From a virus, in IMG/VR virus record IMGVR_UViG_3300045988_093152, positions 1 through 62,487 of that record: a stretch of 62,487 nucleotides of DNA, one strand, 5' to 3'. The notes under the pieces were generated by a model. The model worked only from the letters and a program-made list of their open reading frames with translations. It was not told the origin of the DNA and ran no database searches. This document shows positions 24,955 through 33,301 of this stretch, in pieces. The stretch's first letter is position 1; each line of letters starts with the position of its first letter. A program made the position numbers and the translations under genes.

Positions 24955-25365
24955 TCATCCACGCTCAATACTCAATGTCCAGAAGAATTTGCGGTATTGC
25001 TCATAATAACTTTCTCGGCAGCAGGGGCAGCCATGAATTCGCAGCACATCATACGGAACACATTCCGTCGCTCCTTTTAATACATAGGGTGCGATTGCCG
25101 GAGAAATATCTTTCAAGCAGTGTTCTATAAGGCTAATCCGCTTGCTGAAGAATGCCCTGGCAATGGCGGTCTGTTCTGTGGGGTTCGATTCACGGCTTCC
25201 TTTGACAGTATACGTCCGAAGTTCTTCTGGTTTTGCTTTCCAGGCATCCAGCATGACCAAGGCATCTTTCCATTCAGGATACTGCAAGCAGAAATGTTTA
25301 AGCTCATAGTATCGGTGCTTTGAAATATAATACGGATTCTTTTCAGATAGTTCAACGTGTGCCAT
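24955..25365 (-). CDS. putative ArpU/RinA/sigma-region-4-like transcription regulator
   Basis: ATG at 25365 after GGAGGGG. YYELKHFCLQYPEWK...PTEQTAIARAF...CCRESYYEQYRKFFWTLS resembles small phage late-activator/sigma-like proteins (from memory). Confidence 0.45.
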   Translation of the reverse strand: MAHVELSEKNPYYISKHRYYELKHFCLQYPEWKDALVMLDAWKAKPEELRTYTVKGSRESNPTEQTAIARAFFSKRISLIEHCLKDISPAIAPYVLKGATECVPYDVLRIHGCPCCRESYYEQYRKFFWTLSIERG

Positions 25366-25609
25366 CTTTACCCCTCCACAAAAATCCAGTTTGCTCATAG
25401 AGCGCTTTCGGTGAGATGTAAAAATTGATACGTCCGAACTTGGAGTTCATTTCTTTCAAATCTGTGATTTTCTTACCGTCTCTGGTAGCTGTTCCGATAG
25501 GCAGCCATCCAGAAATAATCCCCGCTCGCACCCACGATGGGTCACGTCCGTATACTTTTGCGGCAACTCGTACAGGTACTGATCCTGTTGGAAAAATAAG
25601 GTCATTCAT
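25352..25609 (-). CDS. small DNA-binding protein (excisionase/MerR-like HTH), tentative
   Basis: 85-aa ORF, TAGGAGG SD, divergent from int. Confidence 0.45.
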   Translation of the reverse strand: MNDLIFPTGSVPVRVAAKVYGRDPSWVRAGIISGWLPIGTATRDGKKITDLKEMNSKFGRINFYISPKALYEQTGFLWRGKDGTR

Positions 25610-25721
25610 AGAGCTTTCCTCCTAAAAATCTCTAAGGACATCTTACTACGTCCTCTATGCGCATTTTAGGGAAGAAAGCGGGGCAGTGCGTGATGCTTTT
25701 TATTTTTTCAATGATGAACCA

Positions 25722-25750
25722 TTGACAATCATCGTAGTATCGTTTAAGCT
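25722..25750 (+). promoter_or_regulatory. sigma70-type promoter candidate for int
   Basis: TTGACA, 17 nt, TAAGCT, about 35 nt upstream of the int start. Confidence 0.4.
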
Positions 25751-25786
25751 AGAATAGAATTCAGAGCCAAAAAGGAGGTATTTTTA

Positions 25787-27007
25787 GTGCTTATAACCTG
25801 TCCAGAGTGTGAATTGCAAATTTCTGATAAGGCACTTGTATGCCCTCATTGCGGTTTTCCACTCAAGAAGAATGCTCAAGTGTATCCTAGAAAAGCAAAT
25901 AAACGTCGTAGGCTGCCAAATGGATTCGGACAGATTTCAGAAATCAAGGGGCGCAATCTACGAAAGCCGTTCAGAGTTTTAGTAACCGTAGACAAAGGAT
26001 TAGATGGGAAACCAATCTGTAAGCCGCTTCAGCCACAGTCTTATTTTGAAACCTACAATGATGCATATTTAGCATTAGTTGAATACAACAAGAATCCATA
26101 TTCCATCGAGAAAAATATTACCATGGATGAATTGTATCAGGCATGGCTGAAGGAATACAGGACGCATGTTGGAGAGAAGATGATAGAAAAGACTGAGTGT
26201 TGCTGGCGGTATGTTCGCAAAATTCACAATATGAAATTACAGCAAGTTCGTATTCCACAACTCAAGCTCGCACTCGACGAGGCAACAACCTATAAAAGTG
26301 GCAACGAAGTAGAACTTCCTCGTTCAGCTAAAGGCAGAATCAAAAGCCTGTTCAATCTCATGTTTGACTATGCAGTAGAGAACGAGCTTGTTCCGCAAAA
26401 TTATGCAAGGTCTTTTGCTCTTTCCAGATCAGATCAAGAAGAAACAGCTAGAGTGGACAAAAGTCACATCCTATATTCAGACGAAGAGGTTGAACTGATT
26501 TGGGGCGCTCTCCCGGTCTATCCATATCTTGATATTACTTTAATTCAATTTTATTCTGGTTGGCGGCCCAATGAACTTTTGAGCATGAAACTAGAAGATG
26601 TTGATTTAGAGAACAAAACATTTCATGGGGGCTCCAAAACTGTCGCAGGTAAAAATCGTATTGTGCCAATTCATTCCAAAATATTCCATTTTGTCGAACA
26701 GCACTATAATGAAGCTGTTGCCGCAGGGAGCGAATATGTATTTCAATCAGATACCCAACCTGGTAAGGCATATACATACGATCGGTATTATGTTCGACTT
26801 ATAGAAGCACGCGATGCCTTGGGGCTAGATAAAAGTCATCGCCCCCATGATGGTCGTGTTCAGTTCGCAACCATGGCAAAGAAAGCTAAAATGGATCAAT
26901 ATGCACTAAAGAAAATTCTCGGTCACTATATCGACGACGTGACCGAGAAGTATTATATAAAACCTGGGATGGACTGGCTCCGAAACGAAATCGAAAAGAT
27001 CAAATGA
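25787..27007 (+). CDS. int: tyrosine recombinase (integrase) with N-terminal zinc ribbon
   Basis: GTG start after AAAGGAGG. CPEC...CPHCG. Catalytic-region motifs SGWRPNELLSM, HRPHDGRVQF, LGHYIDDVTEKYY. Confidence 0.9.
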   Translation: MLITCPECELQISDKALVCPHCGFPLKKNAQVYPRKANKRRRLPNGFGQISEIKGRNLRKPFRVLVTVDKGLDGKPICKPLQPQSYFETYNDAYLALVEYNKNPYSIEKNITMDELYQAWLKEYRTHVGEKMIEKTECCWRYVRKIHNMKLQQVRIPQLKLALDEATTYKSGNEVELPRSAKGRIKSLFNLMFDYAVENELVPQNYARSFALSRSDQEETARVDKSHILYSDEEVELIWGALPVYPYLDITLIQFYSGWRPNELLSMKLEDVDLENKTFHGGSKTVAGKNRIVPIHSKIFHFVEQHYNEAVAAGSEYVFQSDTQPGKAYTYDRYYVRLIEARDALGLDKSHRPHDGRVQFATMAKKAKMDQYALKKILGHYIDDVTEKYYIKPGMDWLRNEIEKIK

Positions 27008-27440
27008 TGTACTCCTCAAAAAATTAGTATAGGATTATTGTGTAGGCAGATATAGGAATATCGTATATGAATAATGTAGGAGTAATGTGCGAGTTGTGTG
27101 CGTCAAGCCACTACTTTCGGCATTCAATCACGTTCAAATACATCATGGATTCGCATTTTATTCGATGCTTCGTATTACTTCAGCTCCTCCAGAAGACTTT
27201 TACCCCAACACACCAACGTCATTTTTCTCTCAAAATATAGGACTAATCAAAGAATAATCCTCGTTCAATCAAATCCAATCACATTTTTAACGGTCTCTGA
27301 ATTCAAAAAATAAAAGTCCCTGAATATTCCGCGGCTCGACTCGCAGATACTCAGGGGCTTTTTTCTTTCGTGAAAGTCTTTCAAATATCAGTCTCGTATC
27401 GTGAGCTCTATTTCACATCCGTACATCAATTGGCCGCATC
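27008..27440. other. non-coding region adjacent to int: probable attP with arm-type repeats
   Basis: ATATAGGA-type repeats near 27028, 27050 and 27236, plus TGTAGG repeats. No ORF with an SD. Confidence 0.4.
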
Positions 27441-27812
27441 TCAAACAGCCCGGTCTGAAACGTCGCTCAAAATATCATAGCCCAATATCTGGGAGCCCTT
27501 TCTAAATATCATATTACCATAGTCCGCGATCCAATTGCAAGCCCATTCTTCAGCATCGACCCAGTAGGCCGATTTCACCATGCGGTGCAGCTCTGGCAGC
27601 AGACCGTAACTGACTAAGGTAACATGGCCCAGCTCATGGATCAGCACCCTTCGCAGCTTTTCCCCGCTCAGTCCTCGTGCCACAAACACATGTTGCAGCT
27701 TCGGGTCTGTCACGGCAATGGTCCTGCGTCCGGTGCGATCCACAAGGTATGGGCTGTCCGGGTCTACAAAACGGATGCGCCAAAGCCACCCGTTTACCGT
27801 AAACCGTTCCAT
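27441..27812 (-). CDS. ImmA/IrrE-like zinc metallopeptidase
   Basis: HExxH motif in LIHELGHVTL, 123 aa. Confidence 0.6.
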   Translation of the reverse strand: MERFTVNGWLWRIRFVDPDSPYLVDRTGRRTIAVTDPKLQHVFVARGLSGEKLRRVLIHELGHVTLVSYGLLPELHRMVKSAYWVDAEEWACNWIADYGNMIFRKGSQILGYDILSDVSDRAV

Positions 27813-27818
27813 TTTGAA

Positions 27819-28394
27819 TTATGCGGGCATGTCCGCCACGAGCTTGGTGAAGTCAGCCTTGATCTTCTTGCGCAGGTCAGGGTCAGCATCCCCGTAAATG
27901 GTTCGGATGGTGCTCATCGCGCTCGTCAGGTGCTCGCTTGCCCGGCGCTCCATCTCCGCCTTGTCCATGGCCGTGTGGCTCTCGGTGTAGTGCTTGCGGG
28001 CTTCCAGGTACTCGCCATAAGGCTTGCCGTACTGTCTGCCCTCATGCTCAAACTCCCCACGCCGACGCAGAGGGAACTCCCCGTGGTCGTCACGCATCTC
28101 CCTCTCGAACTCGTCCGGGTCGCGCAGCCACTTCTCCATGTAGCGGTGCTGTTTCGTCGAGGGCGTGTACCCCATCCGATAGTCTTCCGCTTCGCCCATG
28201 ACCTTACTGACCTTCTCGTAGTAGCAGGCTTCGTACAGGTTCCGCTTCGTTTCGGCAAGGTCCTTGATCATGTCAGTCACTTCCCCTGCCTCGTGGGTGT
28301 TCACGCTCTCGATGCCCTTCGCCAGCTCTCCCTTGAAGGCATCCACCAGAGTTTCCATCATCGAGCAAACACTCTCCATGCAACGATTCTCCAT
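27819..28394 (-). CDS. hypothetical acidic protein
   Basis: 191-aa ORF, AAGGAGG SD. Confidence 0.6.
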   Translation of the reverse strand: MENRCMESVCSMMETLVDAFKGELAKGIESVNTHEAGEVTDMIKDLAETKRNLYEACYYEKVSKVMGEAEDYRMGYTPSTKQHRYMEKWLRDPDEFEREMRDDHGEFPLRRRGEFEHEGRQYGKPYGEYLEARKHYTESHTAMDKAEMERRASEHLTSAMSTIRTIYGDADPDLRKKIKADFTKLVADMPA

Positions 28395-28406
28395 GTTGAT
28401 TCCTCC

Positions 28407-28811
28407 TTACGAAAGCTTCCGCACGATGAGATTCGCACCGGGCGAAACAGTCAGAGCGGCTGTTCCGGTGTTCACGATGCGGATCACGTCATACATGCCG
28501 CAGCCAGTTCCCAGCAGCATGGTTTTCGCCACGTTGAAGGCATCCCCGGCAGCGGTGCTGGTCACGATCATGTTGGAGCCGGGGAGCACTGCATTCCCTG
28601 CGGAAATGCTAAGCTGGACCGTACCGGCAGCCACACCTGCGATGTTGCCCGAGAACGCCACTTCGTAAATGCCGGGCAGTCTGAGCTTTACATCACTCAT
28701 GCCCGCACGGTGACATTCGGCGGTGCAACGGGTCTTGAGGTTCGTCACGTCAAACAGAATCGCCTGACCGACTTCCAGGGTCTGAGCAGCAGAATTGGAT
28801 ATCTCGATCAT
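28407..28811 (-). CDS. hypothetical beta-rich protein (composition recalls BclA C-terminal / C1q-like domains)
   Basis: ATG at 28811 after GAAGGAGG. G/A/T/V/N-rich, 134 aa. The family assignment is not secure. Confidence 0.5.
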   Translation of the reverse strand: MIEISNSAAQTLEVGQAILFDVTNLKTRCTAECHRAGMSDVKLRLPGIYEVAFSGNIAGVAAGTVQLSISAGNAVLPGSNMIVTSTAAGDAFNVAKTMLLGTGCGMYDVIRIVNTGTAALTVSPGANLIVRKLS

Positions 28812-28835
28812 CTGCAAATCCTCCTTCAAATATCA

Positions 28836-28870
28836 ATAAGAAAGGAGCGCCAGTCTCCCAGCGCCCCTCC
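28836..28870 (-). terminator. rho-independent terminator
   Basis: GGAG(GG)GCGC-loop-GCGCTCC plus TTTCTTATT. Confidence 0.5.
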
Positions 28871-28885
28871 ATTTTGAAATTTCGC

Positions 28886-29731
28886 TTAGGCGGCCATGTT
28901 GCAGCACCCGGTCAGACCAGCGATCTGGCAGCCCAGAGTACCGGTACCGGCGTAGGGGTTCTGCACGATGTAGGCAGGGCCGGGAGCCGGACGCAGCTGG
29001 TTCACCAGATAGTTGTTCTGAGCCTGCTGGCTTGCAGCGAGGGTCATCTGGCTCACCTGAGTGCGCAGCTGTGCGATGGTCTCATCCTTGTCGGCCATGC
29101 GGTTTGCAACGATCTCGTCATGCAGCTGGCGATAATTTGCATTGTCGTTCTGCATGATCTGCTGTGTCTGGTTGGCGATGGCGGTCGTGATGGCGCAGGT
29201 GTTGGTGGCCAGGTCGTACTGGATCTGTGCCTGCCCCTGACGGTTCTCACAGCAACAGTTTGCCAGCTGGGTCTGGAGGGCGTTGGTGTTCTGCATGTTG
29301 GCGACCGTGTCGGCGTTGATTGCCTGCTGGATGCCGAAGTTGCCCTGCATCATGGCAGTGTTCACGCCATTAAAGCCCTGAAGCATCGCGGTGTTGGTGT
29401 TGTTGAAGCCGTTCAGCAGGCTGGTGTTCATGGCGTAGAAACCGTTGCACAGACCGTTCTCCAGGCCATTCAGCTTGTTGATGACACTCTGATTATCGAA
29501 TCCACGCTGGATATCCGCCTGAGTAGCGGCACTTGCCAGAGCGCTGCGGGTTGCAGAACCATTCCCGCGGTTACCAAAACCGTTGCCGTCCCAGTTGCCA
29601 AATCCGCCCCACAGAGCGAACAGGATCACAATGATCCACCATGCACCGCAGCCGTCGCCGTTCCGGTTGCCGGTCACAGCAGCGATGTCAGCCAGACTCG
29701 GGATCATGCCCATCATACCATTGTTAAACAT
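28886..29731 (-). CDS. N/Q-rich, Cys-containing membrane-anchored protein of unknown function
   Basis: TM segment WWIIVILFALWGGF, repeated NGF/NT motifs, CCC and C-terminal GCC. AAAGGAGG SD. Confidence 0.65.
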   Translation of the reverse strand: MFNNGMMGMIPSLADIAAVTGNRNGDGCGAWWIIVILFALWGGFGNWDGNGFGNRGNGSATRSALASAATQADIQRGFDNQSVINKLNGLENGLCNGFYAMNTSLLNGFNNTNTAMLQGFNGVNTAMMQGNFGIQQAINADTVANMQNTNALQTQLANCCCENRQGQAQIQYDLATNTCAITTAIANQTQQIMQNDNANYRQLHDEIVANRMADKDETIAQLRTQVSQMTLAASQQAQNNYLVNQLRPAPGPAYIVQNPYAGTGTLGCQIAGLTGCCNMAA

Positions 29732-29864
29732 ATCATTTCCTCCTTTGGAAATTTCAGTGAGTGGAAAATACGGATATGTTCACTGAGCCTTCTTTCAGGC
29801 CGCGCGTATCCTGAGCAAAAGCTCAATTCACATCACTTGGGATATGTTTAACGTCCGTTTGCTT

Positions 29865-30086
29865 TTAACGACCTCTGAAGAACCGCATTGCCTGTGCGTA
29901 GGCCTCCTCGGGTGTGATCCCGTAGCTCTCGCACAAGTTCCGGGCGATCTGCTCACCCGTCGCGTCGTCTCCATTTTGAATTGCCGACAGCGCGTTGTGT
30001 GCCATCGGGTTGTTTCGCAGCTGTGGGTTTCCCGCCAGTAGACGGTTCACAAAGTTCATTCTCGGGTTATTCGGCGTTTGGTTCAT
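29865..30086 (-). CDS. hypothetical protein
   Basis: 73-aa ORF overlapping the end of the upstream gene. Confidence 0.5.
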   Translation of the reverse strand: MNQTPNNPRMNFVNRLLAGNPQLRNNPMAHNALSAIQNGDDATGEQIARNLCESYGITPEEAYAQAMRFFRGR

Positions 30087-30534
30087 GGTTCAGTCCCTCT
30101 TTTCCGTGTTTATAAGGTTCTTTGCGGTAAGGTCTTGACTTTTTCTGTACCAAACGCTTGATCTCGTCCAGCTTGTCCCGGATCTCTGCCAGCTCACCAT
30201 TTTCAGGCGGGTTCTCAGCGGTCTGGGCCATGGGAACGAAGGTCATGGTTTCGATTTTCCCGACATTCGATAGATACTTCACATACACACAGCTCATGTC
30301 ATCTTTCGGGAAGATGGCCACCGTGCCGTTGTTGGGCACTTCATTGGGGCGTACTTCCTGGATGTCATGGATCATTCGTCCAGGGATGGCCTGTACGAAC
30401 TGCTGCGGATATCCATTTTGAATTCCCACCCCCTGCATCTGTTGCAGGTTCTGATTGTTTTGCCATCCTCCCAGAGCAGCTGCCTGTTGAGGAGTAAGGC
30501 TCTGCGGAGGATATGCACCATAATACTGGTTCAT
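30067..30534 (-). CDS. Q/N-rich hypothetical protein
   Basis: 155-aa ORF, AAAGGAGG SD. Confidence 0.6.
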   Translation of the reverse strand: MNQYYGAYPPQSLTPQQAAALGGWQNNQNLQQMQGVGIQNGYPQQFVQAIPGRMIHDIQEVRPNEVPNNGTVAIFPKDDMSCVYVKYLSNVGKIETMTFVPMAQTAENPPENGELAEIRDKLDEIKRLVQKKSRPYRKEPYKHGKEGLNHEPNAE

Positions 30535-30561
30535 AAAGATCCTCCTTTGCAGGTTTAATAA

Positions 30562-30819
30562 TTACTGATTGTTCTTGGCCCTCAGCTCCGCATAGAGCTT
30601 GTCCGCCTCGATGGCCTCCTTGGTGAAGGAGTTGTTCTTCCACCAGTTGATAATGGCCACCACTACGGTGATGAGGGTGCTTACCACCTGCTGGAGCTGC
30701 TCGTTGTCAATGGGCAGCGGGCTTTTACCAAAGGCGGTCAGCAGACTGTTCAGCAGCGCCACAAGCAGGCAGATGGTTCTCGCCCACGTTGCGGCGGTCA
30801 CGGTCGTGTTCTGTTCCAT
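30562..30819 (-). CDS. holin (phiLC3 / LL-H-like family)
   Basis: TICLLVALLNSLLTAFGKSPLPI...INWWKNNSFTKEA signature. ATG at 30819 after GGAG. Confidence 0.75.
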   Translation of the reverse strand: MEQNTTVTAATWARTICLLVALLNSLLTAFGKSPLPIDNEQLQQVVSTLITVVVAIINWWKNNSFTKEAIEADKLYAELRAKNNQ

Positions 30820-30833
30820 TTTGAAATCTCCTC

Positions 30834-31163
30834 TCACGTCATGGCGTGTTCTTCCCGGACAGGCAGGCCTTCCACTCGCTCATACAGGTTCGTGCCGGTG
30901 CCGTTTCCATGCAGTTCGTGGTATGCCTCATAGACAACGCCGACGTTCGTCAGCCCTTCCACGTCCACATACCCCTGATGAAGATAATACCGGCAGCTCT
31001 GATACAATCGATCATGGAGCATCGCTTTCACGCCTTTTTTCAGCGCTTTCTGCTCCTGAATGGTCGCCCAGAGCGTCTTGCCCATCCAGCCCATGATGCC
31101 TGCCACCAGGATCGACACGATCTCGTTCAGATGTGTCAAGATAAAGCTCTCCGTGGGCTTCAC
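30834..31163 (-). CDS. lysis-cassette membrane protein (start uncertain: GTG overlapping the lysin stop)
   Basis: TM segment IVSILVAGIMGWMG. Sits between lysin and holin. The ORF is open to 31331. Confidence 0.45.
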   Translation of the reverse strand: MKPTESFILTHLNEIVSILVAGIMGWMGKTLWATIQEQKALKKGVKAMLHDRLYQSCRYYLHQGYVDVEGLTNVGVVYEAYHELHGNGTGTNLYERVEGLPVREEHAMT

Positions 31164-31786
31164 GCTCCTTTCACACAGGTAAGGCCGGCTTTCGCAATGA
31201 TGCCCGGGTAATCCTTGTAGACATGGTTCATGTCCACCACGCCGCTCACGCCAGCCACATTGCCCTTGGAGCTGTACTGCCACATGCCGTGCTTTCGGGT
31301 CGGACGCTTGTTTCGGTAGTCCGCCAGCCACAGGTCAAACTCGTTCAACTGCCACATATTCAGGTTGTAGTCGGCAAAGTTCGAGTAAGTGTACAGGATC
31401 GCGTACAGCCCCCACTTTTCGATCTCCCTGAGCTCCATTTTGACAAGTTTCGTCAACTCGGCTGCGGGCAGACCTTTCAGACGGGGGTCCTCCACGTCCA
31501 TAGCAATGGGCAGTTCAAAGCTCTTTCCTTCCAGGCAGGTCTTGAGCAGGTTCAGCTCCTTCTTTGCCATGCCTTCCGTTACCGCAACGGTGTAAGCATA
31601 TACGCCAACCGGCAAACCTACAGATTTGGCCCCGGCATAGTTCGCTTCAAAGCACGGATCGACGTAGAGCTGCCCGCTCTTGGTGGAAACTGCACGGATC
31701 ATCACGCCACCTACTTTTCCGCTGGCCTTGACTTTTTTCCAGTCAATGGTTCCCTGCCAGCGGGAAACGTCTATGACATCAAGCAT
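31160..31786 (-). CDS. GH25 muramidase endolysin
   Basis: DVSRWQGTIDWKKVKASG..VMIRA and catalytic-type DVE in PIAMDVEDP. Confidence 0.85.
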   Translation of the reverse strand: MLDVIDVSRWQGTIDWKKVKASGKVGGVMIRAVSTKSGQLYVDPCFEANYAGAKSVGLPVGVYAYTVAVTEGMAKKELNLLKTCLEGKSFELPIAMDVEDPRLKGLPAAELTKLVKMELREIEKWGLYAILYTYSNFADYNLNMWQLNEFDLWLADYRNKRPTRKHGMWQYSSKGNVAGVSGVVDMNHVYKDYPGIIAKAGLTCVKGA

Positions 31787-31943
31787 TGCCCTGCTCCTTC
31801 AGTTTCTCTGCCAGCTGGGTGCACAGCTTCTCGTATTCTTCTTCGGTCAGGCGGTCGTTGGCAAAGAAGATATCCAGCTTCTTTTGCATCCGGTTGGTCT
31901 TGCCGCGTTCGATCAGGCGTGCACAAGTGTTGTAAAGTTCCAT
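31779..31943 (-). CDS. small XkdX-like protein, tentative
   Basis: ATG at 31943 within GGAATCAAAATGGAA, 54 aa, downstream of the fibre genes. Confidence 0.4.
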   Translation of the reverse strand: MELYNTCARLIERGKTNRMQKKLDIFFANDRLTEEEYEKLCTQLAEKLKEQGNA

Positions 31944-32060
31944 TTTGATTCCTTTCTGCTCACGTTCTGCATGAGCCATCTTAATGTAAAAAAATCGCTC
32001 ATCAGCATTCCTTTTCAGTGGGCCAATAAGCGAAACGATACAAATGGTCTGACCCGCCTC

Positions 32061-32441
32061 TTATGTCTCCGGCGTAACCCCCAGCTCCAGCAGGGTCAAC
32101 CTGTACTCCTGATCCACCATCAGGCTGTCGGTGTCATTCTGGGCACTTTGCAGGGCGGTCAGTGTTTCGGGCAGGGTGTCCACGGCTTTCTGCTTTGCCG
32201 CTGCCTTTTGCTGGGCCGCTTCCTGTGCAGCCAGCTCTTCGGCGGTCGGTGGCTGGGGTACTTCCCCGTATTCGTACACCTCGTACTCCGCCCCGCATAG
32301 CCGGATGCCCCAGTAAGCTTCCCCGGGCTGTGCGTTTTGGTTGTGTGCGTTCACCGCAGCCTCGATCTCGCTGTAATCTGCCGGGGTGCCGTCAGTCTCG
32401 GTCGGTACCTTGTACCCGGGACGGATCGTTGCTTCTTCCAT
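32061..32441 (-). CDS. hypothetical protein of the tail-fibre region
   Basis: 126-aa ORF, AAAGGAGAG SD. Confidence 0.55.
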   Translation of the reverse strand: MEEATIRPGYKVPTETDGTPADYSEIEAAVNAHNQNAQPGEAYWGIRLCGAEYEVYEYGEVPQPPTAEELAAQEAAQQKAAAKQKAVDTLPETLTALQSAQNDTDSLMVDQEYRLTLLELGVTPET

Positions 32442-32464
32442 TTTGAACTCTCCTTTCCGGGTGC

Positions 32465-33289
32465 TCAGTCAATATAGTTCTGAGGGACAAATAAAAATGT
32501 AGACGTTCTCACCAGCGTATTCAGCGGCAGCACGATGCAGGGGCGCAGACCGTACGAGTCCTCTCTGTGGCCGCCTACACTGGAAAAACTACCATCCTTA
32601 TAGAACGTGTACATATAGTTGCCGTTGTAGCTTCGCTTGGAGCGTGTCCAGTATATAGTGTCTGCTTTTCGCTTGTCGGTGGCAGCAGTCGTGTAGTCGA
32701 AGTAATCCAGTTTTGCACCTTCTTGTGCCATCAGGCCATCTATGCCCTGCCAGGTGTAAACGCCCATCTCGACCGCGGAAAGCAGAAAGCACTTTCTCGA
32801 AAGGCCGTTCGAGCCGGAGGAAACATTGGCCGAACTGTAATCCGCCTGTTTCACGTAGGGCAGATGCACGGTCATCAGGCGGTTTGCTACACTGGGTGTG
32901 ATATTTCCGCCCGGGTAGTTGACACACCAGTTGTCCAGCGCATACTTTTCGTAACCGTAGATGTAGTTACTGCTATCGATCGCTGTTGAGCCTGCAATGT
33001 TCGACCTCCAGAGCCATGCTCCGTTTGCCGTGCTGTCGTATAACCCGCCGCCCGGAACGCCCTTATGGATCAGCTTATACCAGTAGGTATTGTTGCCGCT
33101 CGGGTCTGCAATGCCAAATAGTGTCCCCAATGCAAAGGAGCTGATGGGATTGCCGCCGTCATAGAACTTCTTGGCTACGCCATCCACGCCGATATAGCCC
33201 TTGTGCACTGTCCTTGCGGCACCGTCCACGCCGGTGTAGATTTTGGAGACCGACTTGGCACTTCCGTCAATTCCGGTATAAATTGCCAT
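32465..33289 (-). CDS. tail fibre / receptor-binding-region protein
   Basis: N-terminal repeats YTGIDGSAK/YTGVDGAAR/YIGVDGVAK. C-terminal YWTRS...YGLRPCIVL motif, typical of the surface-binding domains I recall as DUF6273-like. Confidence 0.55.
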   Translation of the reverse strand: MAIYTGIDGSAKSVSKIYTGVDGAARTVHKGYIGVDGVAKKFYDGGNPISSFALGTLFGIADPSGNNTYWYKLIHKGVPGGGLYDSTANGAWLWRSNIAGSTAIDSSNYIYGYEKYALDNWCVNYPGGNITPSVANRLMTVHLPYVKQADYSSANVSSGSNGLSRKCFLLSAVEMGVYTWQGIDGLMAQEGAKLDYFDYTTAATDKRKADTIYWTRSKRSYNGNYMYTFYKDGSFSSVGGHREDSYGLRPCIVLPLNTLVRTSTFLFVPQNYID

Positions 33290-33301
33290 GTTCCCACCTC
33301 C

